Below, piece by piece: positions 14,684 through 26,900 of a DNA stretch of 57,368 nt. Every line of letters begins with the position of its first letter. Position 1 is the first letter of the stretch. The stretch covers positions 124,001 to 181,368 of the forward strand of contig JALJEE010000735.1 of NCBI GenBank assembly GCA_023231475.1, in the 5' to 3' direction. The stretch comes from Seison nebaliae (lineage: Eukaryota). The notes beneath the pieces were generated by a model. The model was given only the letters and a program-made list of their open reading frames with translations. It did not search any database and was not told the origin of the DNA. A program made the translations under genes and the position numbers.

Positions 14684-16897
14684 ATGGATACCCAAAAAAG
14701 TGAATTAGTATTGAGAAAATCAGCAAATGAGTTAGATTTCTAAAATTTTGTTTCCCATAAATCATTATATCGGTCTTCAGTTCGGCTAGCTTGTCAGAAA
14801 TACAGAGAGTACCGTCAGAAGAATCGTTTGGTGATTCGTCGACATATTCTGGAACAGAACATGACAATTTGGAGACACCACCAAATGAGGAACGAGATAT
14901 TTGGCCTACTCAATATTGGACATTAAATAAAATGTTGAAGTATCTGAAAATTTTTGATCAGTTAGGAACTAAAGTGATTTTAGTATTGTTGCCCGATTAT
15001 ATTGTTGATGAGAGTTATACAAAAGCAGCAATAAGAAATTCAGATGGAATAACTACATTACTTAATATAACAGAAACGGATGATGTGGAATGTCAAATTG
15101 CTGCGATGAAAAGTTTAATAATAATTGCAAAAATTGAAGGTTATATCAAACATTTGACTTTAGAGAAATTAAACGATTCATTTAGATTTGAAGATAGATA
15201 TTTTGAGACTAGGAGGAATTCAAAGTATTGTCACGTTACTTCATTCCCCTTATATTCGAGTAAGAACGCAAGCATGCGAATGTCTAGGTTTATTGTCGAG
15301 TAAACGACTTACAAGGAAAATAATGCGTCGAACGAAAGGTTTAAGATATCTTTTAGCTAATTTGGAATACAAGAAAAATTTGAAGCAACTACCTGATCAA
15401 ACGACATTGTTGCGATTTGCAGCTCAAGCTATTCAAGAATTATGTGTCAGTTCGAAGATTAGAAGAGCATTACGTCGCTTAGGAATAATTGCATTGATTA
15501 CAAAGTTGTTGAAACATCCTGACAACAGTATCAAAATTGCGACGTTGGGAATCGTTAGAGAATGTTCTGTCGAATCAAGTTTTCGTGCAGGATTAACATC
15601 GGCAGGCGTCTTAGAAGATTTGTTAAAGAATTTAAGGAATGCGAATAATGAGGAATTGCAAATAACTTCAGCGAAAGCATTAAATAATTATAAGATCAAT
15701 ACAGTAAATTATCGTGGAGATAAAGATGCATTATCAGGAGCGGAAATATTAACAAACATCTTCCTCACTTCCGACGATATGAATGTTTTATGTGCCGTGA
15801 GTGGAGCATTATGGAAAATGATGGTTGGACATCCGATTAATAAGCAATTGATCAAATCAGATTTGATTGTAAGAATTGTGAAATTTCTCAGTTCAACAGA
15901 TGAAAAACTAAATTTAAATTGTTTGGGTTTAGTTGCAGAATTCGGAAGAGATGAAATTGCCAAAGATATGTTTCGTTCCAATAATGTAATGCAAATTATT
16001 GTTAAGAATTTAGTGTTAAGTACTCCTCGGGATGTTCTAGCAAATTCATGTTCAGCCATCACTTCACTTATTAAAGATCATCAGAAGAATGCAAAGCTCT
16101 TACATGATCTTGATGGAGTTCGATTATTATGGTCGTTATTGAAGACAAATATCTTGAAAGTTCTCGAACCTGCAGTAGAAACAATTTGCGCTTATTTAGA
16201 TACTGTTGGAACGGAATCAGTAGAAATGATTCGAAGTTTCATCGGTGGAATTGATTTGGTTATTACAATTCTACGGGATTCCAATCTTGAAGTAGCTCGA
16301 AGTTTAATGTGTGATGTTATAACTAGAATTGCAAGAGATGAAGAGAATGCTGGGATTTTAAATGATAATAATATTATTGATCTTTTAACAGAAGTTGCCG
16401 AACGAGCTAAAACAAAAAAGATAAAAATTGCGGTAAGTTCTGCAATTTACGAATGTTCGAAATATGACGGGAATGCAAGAAGATTTGGTGAGAAGGATAT
16501 TATAAAGACACTCGTCAGTTTCCTCAATGAAGATTCGGATGGTGTTAAAAAAATGGTAACGATGGCACTTTATGAACTTAGCTTATTCCCTAATAATTGT
16601 ATGGAAATGATTTCATTCGATCTGGTATCTAAATTACTTCCTCTAATTGAAAATGACGATGAAGATTTCCAATTAGCTGCAGCCGGTTGTATCGCCAGTA
16701 TTCGTCATTTCGCCACAGCACATTCAATAACCGTAACTAATGAAGTGGAAACAGAAACTGATTTAGACGATACAAAATATGACACGCAAATATTCCGTCA
16801 ACAAATGTTCCCGAAAATGTCACTCACAAAAGTATGTTTGGAGCAGAAGAAGAAGAAAGATGAACCGAAAAATTTTAGCGTCATGTTTGGAAAATAA
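14684..16897 (+). CDS. ARMC4: Armadillo-repeat outer dynein arm docking protein ARMC4/ODAD2 (gudu-like short form); exons 14684-14730, 14781-15139, 15186-16897
   Basis: Motifs QYWTLNKMLKYLK, LDGVRLLWSLLK, EMIRSFIGGIDLV and DEDFQLAAAGCIASIR match ARMC4. Two GTT-AG introns keep frame. Confidence 0.85.
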
Positions 16898-17272
16898 TTA
16901 CACGTATTCCATTCAACTGCTTCAGATAAACTTTATTATACGAGATATTAATAGAATAATGTTGAAAAACATTATTGAGAATTCATATTTTCTATTTTAT
17001 TTGTTTATTATTAAATTTTCTTCTTTCATAATTTTGATAAATTTTCCATCTTTAGTTTTATCTTTTGTTTTGTTTTATCATTCTTTTGTCAATATTAGGA
17101 AGTTTTCTATAATTTTTTTTTATTTATTTTCATGCGTTGTTTACGAACAATTATTAGATTCTCTTTCTGTATTTCAAACGTTCTTTTCAACTTTTTCTTT
17201 ATGGACATTGATTGAATGTATGAAATGTGTGTAATTTAAGTATAAGATGATACTGAATATAAATAAACATAT

Positions 17273-17355
17273 GCCAGGATGGCCGAGTGGTTAAGGCGGT
17301 GGACTTAAGTTCCACTTCCCAATAGGGAGCGTGGGTTCGAACCCCACTCCTGGCA
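17273..17355 (+). tRNA. trnL-UAA: tRNA-Leu (UAA)
   Basis: Acceptor stem GCCAGGA/TCCTGGC, D-loop GAGTGGTTAAG, anticodon arm GTGGA-CTTAAGT-TCCAC, long variable arm, GGTTCGAACCC T-arm and a downstream T5 terminator. Confidence 0.97.
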
Positions 17356-17899
17356 AAAAAAATTTTTGATTCCTTACACATTGTTAGTTACACATTTATA
17401 TATTGCAAAACATTAAGATGCTATTAGTATAGTGAACATACAATAATGAACATGAGAATCATTAAATTTTCTATATTACTCAAACAAACAATTGGATTCT
17501 TTTGGTTCTTCTCATTTTTCAGAAAGAGCTGGTATCATTTGTAGTTAAAAGTGCAGTTTACTTTGTTAAGTATTTCTACTACTGTTTTTTTTGTATATTA
17601 CTCATTTTCTACATAAATTTAAATAAATCAATTTTGTTTAATATTACGAATTTTTAATAAATAAAACGTTAAACACTCTTATGATTATTCTTATTTGACT
17701 TCTTTCAAATTATCTAGTCGTCAAAGTAGTCCTCATTGCACAGACATATTAGAAAAGATCTAAAATTTTCAGATTGTGAAAGAAATGATTCGAGTAATTT
17801 CGTTCAATGTTTAAGACTTAATATTCAAAATTTAGAAATTGAGAAGTTAATTTTTTCAACCAATAAATTTTTTTTCGTGAGACACGTTAAAGTAGAACG

Positions 17900-18291
17900 A
17901 TGTCGTTCCAAGTCTCTGTCTCTTATAAAGGAAGAATAGATTATTCATACAGAAAGTGTCGATGCATTTCGAAGATTTAGAAGAGTTTATGAAACAGTCG
18001 AAATTACTCTTCGAAAATTATCCATCCAAAGTTCATCTTCTTCTTTTTACATTTTTCATCTCTATTATTTCTTCACTTCATTCAAGACACGATTTGTCAT
18101 GAAATATCGACAAACCGGAGGATTAAATTTAAAAGTAACAAATGATTTGAAAGTTCCTTTTTCTTATTATCCAACTAATTTAACCAATTCTTCCCAAATA
18201 GTGTCTCCAATATACGACGACAACATCTAGAGATTTTAAGAAAATTGAGAGTTTTGTTCAGTTCATGATGAGGAAGATGGCGGCCAATTAA
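17900..18291 (+). CDS. SRP9: Signal recognition particle 9 kDa protein; exons 17900-17911 (optional; alternative ATG 17962), 17953-18030, 18087-18152, 18202-18291
   Basis: The spliced product MHFEDLEEFMKQSKLLFENYPSKTRFVMKYRQTGGLNLKVTNDLKCLQYTTTTSRDFKKIESFVQFMMRKMAAN aligns with SRP9. It is absent from the ORF track. Confidence 0.9.
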
Positions 18292-18460
18292 TGAACTAAA
18301 TGTAATTAAATTCATTTTCTCGATATATCTCATAATTTCCCTATTTATTTATTTCACAAATTTTTCCATGTACAAATAAGTAAATCAAAAAGGAAATTGA
18401 TTTTTTCCAAAACATTTTTAAATTTCCTCTCAGATTCTTTTGTGACGATTTCGATAAAAT

Positions 18461-20437
18461 ATGATTATTGAAATAATTAGTACGATAGTTTTATGCGTTT
18501 TTGGGAAATATGTTATTAATTGGTACAGACAACATCAGGAACAGTTACCAGAAAAGAGTTTATTCGATTTTCAAAAATTGGATGAAGGAAAATCAATTGA
18601 AGTTGATGAAGATAATATAATTAATAAAATGAAGAAAACTGGTCAAACGATGTTGATTGTTTATGGATCGCAAACGGGAACTGCTGAAGGTTTCGCTTAT
18701 CAATTGAAGAAAATGGGTCGAAAACGATCAATCTTCGCTCTTTGTGAAGACAGTGAAGAAATCGATTTTGACGATTTAGCGAAAGCGAAAGAAATCGATA
18801 ATTTTTCATTAATATTTCTTGTCGCTACATATGGAGAAGGTGATCCAACAGATAATGCAATTGAAATGTGTGAATGGTTTCAAAATGTATCAGATGATGA
18901 TGAAACATTGAAAGATATTAAATTTGCCGTTTTTGGTTGTGGAAATAGTACATATGAACATTTCAATAAAATAGGTCGATTGATAGATCGACGATGTGAG
19001 GAATTGGGTGGTAATCGAATAGTCGTTCGCGGAGAGAGTGATGATAGTCGAAATGCCGATGAAGATTTTATGAATTGGGCCACCGATATTTTTTGGCCGA
19101 ATTATTTTGAACATTGCGATATGATAATTCCATCGACATCTGACGAACAATGGAAAGAATATAAATTGAAATATATTTCTGATGATGTACAGAAAGTATT
19201 CAGAGGAGAACCTCATAAATTTGGCTCATATGAAAATCAGAAAGGTGCCTATGGGCAAAAGAATCCATTATTGGCAGAAATTAGTAAAAAATACGAATTG
19301 TTTTCAAAAGATTCTGATCGGTCTTGTCTTCATTTAGAATTGTCATTAATTAACTCAAAACTTCGTTATGAAACGGGAGATCATGTGGCAATTTTACCGG
19401 AAAATGATCCTGTGTTGGTAGAGAGATTAGGTGAATTGTTATCTATAAATTTAAATGATATCATCACTATGGATTCAACTGAAGCATCTTCAACTAAAAA
19501 ACATCCATTTCCATGTCCTTCTTCTTTCCGTACTTTATTCACTCATTATCTCGATATAACAACTCCATTGAAACAAAGTACGATAAGTGAACTCCAATCT
19601 TATGGAATTGATGAGAATGATAAATTATTATTGAAAGAATTATGTGATAGGAAAAATCGTTCGAAATATAATAAATTCATTTTGGATGCACGTCGAACAT
19701 TAATTGCTATTTTAGAAGATATTCCATCTTGGAGACCGTCAATTGATCATCTTTTGGAATCATTACCACGATTACAATGTCGTTATTATTCAATTTCTTC
19801 TTCCAGTAAAAAGTTTAGAGAAAGTGTTCATTTAACTGCAATTTGTGTCGAATATCAAACAAAAAGTGAGAGAACTAATTTTGGTGTTTGTACTTCATAT
19901 TTGAATCGATTGAAAGAAGGTGATCACATTCCCATTTACATTCGAAGATCTAAATTCAAATTACCTATTCAAATAAAAGTTCCACTCATTCTAGTTGGTC
20001 CGGGAACAGGTATCGCTCCTTTCCGCGCCTTCCTCCAAGAACGTCAAATGCAAAAGTCACAAGGAAAACCGATTGGTGATATCATTCTCTTTTATGGTTG
20101 TCGAAATAAAGAAAAAGATTATTTATATCGAAATGAAATCGAAGAATATGTCAATGACGGAACGATTAAACAATTGTTCGTTGCATTTTCTCGTGATCAA
20201 TCGGAGAAAGTGTATGTCCAGGATCTTATACGTCAAAACGGTTCTCTCGTTTTCAATATGTTCGAGAATAAAGCTAGTTTGTTCATTTGTGGTGATGCCA
20301 TGAATATGGCACGAGAAGTACATCAAACTCTTCTCGATGTTTTTAAGACAGAAGGTGAAATGGATATCAGTGAAGCTAATTCGTATATGCAACGATTAAA
20401 TTCTCTTCATAAATATTCGTCTGATGTTTGGAGTTAA
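18461..20437 (+). CDS. POR: NADPH-cytochrome P450 reductase (intronless)
   Basis: N-terminal anchor, YGSQTGTAE, ATYGEGDPTDNA, RYYSISSS, GPGTGIAPF and C-terminal DVWS. Confidence 0.97.
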   Translation: MIIEIISTIVLCVFGKYVINWYRQHQEQLPEKSLFDFQKLDEGKSIEVDEDNIINKMKKTGQTMLIVYGSQTGTAEGFAYQLKKMGRKRSIFALCEDSEEIDFDDLAKAKEIDNFSLIFLVATYGEGDPTDNAIEMCEWFQNVSDDDETLKDIKFAVFGCGNSTYEHFNKIGRLIDRRCEELGGNRIVVRGESDDSRNADEDFMNWATDIFWPNYFEHCDMIIPSTSDEQWKEYKLKYISDDVQKVFRGEPHKFGSYENQKGAYGQKNPLLAEISKKYELFSKDSDRSCLHLELSLINSKLRYETGDHVAILPENDPVLVERLGELLSINLNDIITMDSTEASSTKKHPFPCPSSFRTLFTHYLDITTPLKQSTISELQSYGIDENDKLLLKELCDRKNRSKYNKFILDARRTLIAILEDIPSWRPSIDHLLESLPRLQCRYYSISSSSKKFRESVHLTAICVEYQTKSERTNFGVCTSYLNRLKEGDHIPIYIRRSKFKLPIQIKVPLILVGPGTGIAPFRAFLQERQMQKSQGKPIGDIILFYGCRNKEKDYLYRNEIEEYVNDGTIKQLFVAFSRDQSEKVYVQDLIRQNGSLVFNMFENKASLFICGDAMNMAREVHQTLLDVFKTEGEMDISEANSYMQRLNSLHKYSSDVWS

Positions 20438-20666
20438 TCATCAATTAACATTCTTCCATATCACATTTCATTTCTTATGTTTATCATTATTTAAAATTTT
20501 TCATTCTCAAATCATTTTTCTAATTGAAAATTCGTTAAAAATTTGAATTTTATTTTCAATTTGTTCAAGAGAATAATATGATAGTTGTTAGAAAAGTTGA
20601 GATATTAATAAAACGAAATAAAATAATTGGGATAAATACTGATGATAAATTGTGTTATTAACTCGT

Positions 20667-23600
20667 TCACTCTCTTCCATTGACGTAGATAATGGACGTG
20701 GAATAAGGAGGAATAACAATTAAAACGAAATGTATTAATCGAAGGAACATGTAGCAAAGACTTCGAATGAGAAAAGGAAATGAATAAAACGGAGGAATCT
20801 TATCGTTCTGGTAAAATTGATATTTTGCAATTTGTAAATAATAGAAAATTGTGAAAAATTGTTTGAATAGATTTAGATTAGACGGATGAAATGAATTGAT
20901 TAATATCATGAAAATTTGAAACGTTCTTACATTCATTCTTATTATTTACGTTCAATTCCTCTAGATGTCGTGATGAATTCGATTGTTTTTCACTATTCGA
21001 TTCTCTTTTGATCTTCTTCGGATTAATTGATGGTTTCGATGTTGAAATTTGATGGTTCTGATCTTCTGCGCTAGACAAATCCGATTTTTTTTCGTCTTTA
21101 CAAACCTCCAAGAGATATAATGCTTTCAAGTACATTTGCCATTTCTCTAATTGCTCATAAGAATCCATTCTAATTAAAATTCTGATAAAGAAGAAATTGT
21201 AAAATTAACATAAATGAAAAGGAATAAATGAACTTTGAAGAATTTTTGAATTTAATTCTCAGTTGATGATCGTTCTGACTGATAATTAAATTGGAAGAAT
21301 TTTTTTGAATTTGTTGCATTGACTTTGCTCGTGGTCTTATCTTCAAACGCAACTTCGATCGACGAAGTGATTTCATGAGATGAGATGTATCTAATCGACG
21401 GAAAGATGATCTCAATGACATATCTTTATAACTCGTCTGTTTATCATCATACCAAAGTGATTGAGATAATTGTTTCGTTTTCATCTTATTTTTAGTATCA
21501 CCAAAATTGAATGATTTCCGTATAGCTAATTTCCCAATATTTGTTATGTCATTCGCTCTCGATTGCATAAATTGTAGAGAATCTGTAGCAGAATTACCAT
21601 TGACATTTGACTGTCTTTGTAATTCGGGAGTTGTTTCTGGAAATAATACCATCGATTTATGTTGATCAATTGTCGATAGATATTGTGCTGGTTGATTTTG
21701 TTGTTGATTATTATTAATCTTTAAATGATTGTCCATTTGATTATTAATCGATAACTGACTAAAACCGTCATCTATCTTCTCATTAGAAAGTTGTGATGGG
21801 AAATTTTCAGTATTTGAATTATTATTCTGTTTTGATTTGTCGTTGTTAAAAGATGTCGTTAAAACTGCCATTGATGATGGTGCAACAGATAATTTGGAAT
21901 TATGAGAATTGTTGTTGAATGGAACAGGTTGTATGGAGAAATTGTTGATCTTGTTCAATTTAATTGATTCCAACTCTTGGAATTCTTGAGTGAAACGGTG
22001 AATAGCTGACGGATATAATCGATACCAGACACTTAACCATTTGTCCGAAGTTTGTCTTTTCTCTAAAACGAGAGTTGTAATCGGCAATTGAGTTAAATCG
22101 AATTGGGGTATACGACAAACATTACAAATCCATTTCATTCTTTTCACACCTTTCCTATTCACCGTTTCCATCGGTTGGAAATAACTATAATATCCAACAC
22201 TCTTCAACTCATCAACTGCTTTCATCCATTTACTTTCATCGGGAAAGACTGATGTGAGAATAACATCGAAATTCTTAAATTTGTTCGTCTTTGACATACG
22301 AAATGATCGTTTTCCTTTAAAATACATTTAATTAGAAGTTATTATCAAATTAAAAGTTATCAAAACTTTCTACCGATGTAGTTTGTTTGGGTGATAAATT
22401 TCCGTTATTCAAACAAACCCAACATCGTTGTAAATTTGCTAAAGATACGTCATTTTTATCAACAATTTTATCCGAAAAAAATTGACGTCCTAATGCCATA
22501 ATATGTAACCAAAATTGGATGTTCGTCGTCCGCAGCTAATTTCGTCATTGAAAAATACGAATAAGTATAATGAAGACTGATATAAAGAAAACTTGAAATT
22601 GTTTTTTAACGAACGGACAAGTGTCACGACACTTCCCACCTGATATGGAGCCTTCACAAACAAAAACTAATTCCAAATATCTGCGACGCCCACCTAAAGT
22701 TTTATATTCTATATAAGAAATAACTGTAATAGAAAAGTTTGAGGGATTGAACCTTTAACAAAACATTTCATAGGAATAGGTAATTGTAGGAGGAAGGACT
22801 GCATATATTGTTGAATGTTTTGGAAATTGCGGTGGAAGAAGGAATGAACAATATCCATAGGTGGATTAATATTACGAATTTGTATTGGTCTCTGATTCAA
22901 TAAAGATGATGAGGTGGAAGTGGTAGATGAGGAAATCGATCTCGGATGACATTCACTCATTTTTGTGGTGGAAGTAGAATATTTCATGGAAGAGAAATCA
23001 GAATTTGCTGAATAAGAATAATTTGATGAATTTGTCGTACTTATTACCGTTGTTAACGTGGTTGTTGACGATGTGATCATGTTAAAGGTTGAGAGTGGTC
23101 TCGATGAAGATGATATAGGTGGTGCAAATGATGGTTCTAATACAGAAATGGAAGTTTGAATTAACGAAATATTTTCTTTATTTTCTTCTTCTACCAAAAT
23201 TCCATTTTTATTCTCATTCTTATTCTGATTATTATTAATTTGAATAATATTTTTTTCATTATTTCCTTTATGATTCACTGAAATTATATTAGATTTCTCA
23301 TGAACATTACTTACTTTCTCCAATCCATTAAATTGTTCAATTGGTTGGATTGTGGGAGAATCCTTACTCCATAAAGCTGGTGGCGATTTCTCGTATTCTA
23401 ATTTCTTCTTTGCTATAAATTGTCGTATCCAATTCTGTTTTAAATGCCAAGGCAATCGTTGATATTCGGCATTGGAAGGATATCGGCAAAATCGTTTTAA
23501 TGAATCAATTGACGTCACTTGCCGTTGGGTAATATTCTCATTAATATTTCCGTCTGTATCTTTTGTTTTGATTGTTGTTGTTGTTGTTATTGTTGTTATT

Positions 23601-23965
23601 TGTGGCGATGCCGTTGTTATGGAAGATGATGACGATGTTGACGGTGATGATAAATTAATAGATGAAGTTGCATTTATGGTGGCGATGGTGGTAGGAATAT
23701 TGATATGGTTATTTGGTTGTTGAGAGGTGGTAAACATTTGATTGTTTGCATAATGGTGATTATTGACATGTTCAGGAATGATTCCAATAAGCGATGTAGA
23801 ATAGACATAAGAACCGAGAAGTGTATGCAAACAATTAAGATTGTTAGTTGATGATAATGTTCCATCATCTGTATTGTGTTCATCATGTTCATTGTTATAA
23901 TTATTATCATTTTCATTGTTCGTAGTTCGAAATGGAATTCGGGGCGGTTTACCAATAATTGTCAT
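20667..23965 (-). CDS. Uncharacterised multi-exon protein, low-complexity with a central globular region; introns 22752-22709, 22592-22536, 22366-22315, 21233-21170, 20922-20808
   Basis: Five GTT-AG introns join four ORFs and two small exons in one frame. No family was recognised and the 5' end is uncertain. Confidence 0.65.
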
Positions 23966-26900
23966 CTTTCTCTTATTATGTCTATCCTTCAAATTCCGGT
24001 ATGATGATCTTTTCAAATTAAATTGTCTTTTTCACAATTCTTTCAACAGGTTCACCAATAAAATATCATTCTATCGAAACGAACAAATTTTTCCTATTAA
24101 TTTTCATAAACACTTTTATTCTTCCATCATTTCTTCCATAGCGTCATAAAATATTCCTATATTCATTCCCTATATTATTGGGTGAACAATTTCTAGAACA
24201 AGTTGATTTTTATATAAACCGAATGAAAACAACCTACAAATAAATGAGAATTATTTGAGAGTCAACTTTAAAGAACTTCACTGCCGATGTCTATCATTCT
24301 CGAATTTGTTCCGGGACAATATTGAAAGGCGATCAGTTGAAAATGAAAGTGGAATAATTTCGTAATGGAAAACTTCTATTTCGTTCTAGTTTCCAGTAAA
24401 ACGATTCTTAAATTTCCTAAAACTTACTTACTGTCAGTACCAAATTTTGGAAATTGATTGAAATTAAAATTATTCAGACATATTATGTCACTGACTAATG
24501 AGTGGATTACTCCTATCTAATTGAACCTAACAAATGGCCTCTAATTTTGATAACTAATAAAAAAAATATTATCCGATTTTACTCAATATCAAAAAAAAAG
24601 TGACAATGACTATTTTTTCTATGAAAAGAAAATAATGGCCATAAAGAAACGGATCCAATCGCATATCAAATGAATATAGATTAAATTCATAAAATTTAGG
24701 AAAATAATTTGTAAAATTCCAATGACAAATCTCATAGATTTATATTATGATAATTATAACTATCAAATCTATCGTGTACATCCAAAATGAAGGTCATTCT
24801 TCATCGTTCTTCTTCCGTTACATCTCAATCAATTGACATTATCTAATAAATTAACTATTGTTCCTATTAATATTTCATCATTATTCTCCAACTAATAAAT
24901 TAAAGCGAACGACTACTGATGTGTTTCTTAATAATGTATAATAATGTGTCCTGTCAATATATCGATGCGTTTTGGACTGTTGAATCTAAAAGAAAAGAAT
25001 TAATTCCCAATGGGAAAATGATTAAATTTACAGATTATTCTTCCTCAAATCAGCATCCGAAAATTATGATAACTATTATCCTTTTTACAATTGTAGATTC
25101 ATTATATTTCCAAGGATTTTGGAAAGGAGACTACGGAATTAATTAGAAGGAAAGAAGCACCGTCTCGTGGGAAGGGGCTAAAGTGGAAAAAAATGGATCG
25201 TACATAATTATTATTATCAACCTAAAATAAAAAATGTTCACCGACTATTTCTTCACAAATCTTCTTCTAATGAATAATATTAATAATAAAAATAATAAAA
25301 ATAAGAAAAATAAAAATCTTCTTCATTTACATAAGAATCAGATGATGATTAATTTTGATGATTTATCAAGAAAATATATTTTCTAACAATTTAACTTATG
25401 GAAAAGACTACTTCTCATTATAACATGTCTTTATAATTTCTTTCCGTTGTAGGACAATTTCATCTTTTCAATACTTTTCCATATAAAATTATGAAAAACG
25501 GACAGTTCTATATTAATATTCTTTTACATAATTCAATATTATTTCTTATATTAATATTTTTTCATTCTTCTGCTCATTAACGAAACTCTAAATAAAAGTT
25601 AAATCATAAATTTGAATGACGAAGATGATAACGAAAAAAAAAATTATCGATAACGAAAAGATGGTACGATATAACCATATCATACTTGTAGTAGATTTCT
25701 TCAATAAATGACAATAAACAAGTCGACAGTTGATTGTTGATTTTATCTAATTTATAGATCTAAAAAAAGAATAGAACTATTCATGTTGTATAAAACATTC
25801 GAATTGAAGTTATCCATCCAAATTAATTGAGAAGGTGATAAATCAGTCGAATGTTGAACAAGTCAATATGATATTTTTTTCTCTCAAATACCAATTCAAC
25901 TCATATAAGGGAATAGAATTGTACTCCGATTCTTCGAATGACTAATGATTATGCAGAATTTTTTTATCGTTCAACATAAATTATCGGTAATCACCATCAT
26001 CGTTATTATCAGAGACATCATTCTCAAGAATGAATTTGGGAGAAAATTATCATTCATTCAATTGTCATCACCTTTCCAATTGAACTCGAGAAGACTCTAT
26101 CATATAGAGTCTATATTCTTTAATATCATCGATATCCCATTCTTTTGAACGAACTAAAAATATAGAAAGATTATTGCTTATTTCCTAATCCTAAGTTGTA
26201 TAAACATCAAATCGGAAATCGAAATTCAATAGATACACAAGGAAATAAGCATTTCATTGTTTCCTTTCCTTTGTTCGGAAATAAAACTACTTTCCTTTCG
26301 ATTCACTTCTAAGAAATTAAAAGAGTTTCCCCAACTTCATCCCAAGACACCCAGTCGACCAACTTTATACTCAGTTACTTGTAATTTGGACAATTATCCA
26401 CCACTAACCGTTAAGAGAAAAATGAGAGAAACTAACTCGGGATAATAAGGAAAAAGAGGAAGACTGACGAGAAAAGAACATTTGAAGATTAAAATTGTGT
26501 TGGTATATAGTAGCAATCTCAATTCAGGATTAATAATTAAACGAAGAAAACTGTGAACGATATAATAGAAAAAAAATTAAATAACATTTCACAATTTACA
26601 TATAAAGAAAAACATAGTGATATCTGATTGTAGTCACGTAACAGAATAAAGCGGAAATTACAAAAAATTACATATTATGTCAACTCCTCCATGGAGATCG
26701 AAAAATAAGAATAATTTATATGAAATGGAAATCATATAACAAACTTTAGGAATTCTCTTAAAATGATAAATTCTCTAAAATCAATAAGAAATTAATTAGT
26801 CGCTAAGATAATAGTTATTCATTTCGATATGCTTTCCAACATATTATTATGAAATCACCAGTCAATTTACTTACCGGAAATTCTTCCGAAAAATTTCTTC

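Noticed and set aside
14675..14691. X-box at the ARMC4 start
   Set aside because: Only one half-site (ATGGATAC) matches, and it overlaps the start codon.
20667..20800. KASH-like C-terminus (TM...YVNG)
   Set aside because: It lacks the terminal PPPx motif required for SUN binding.
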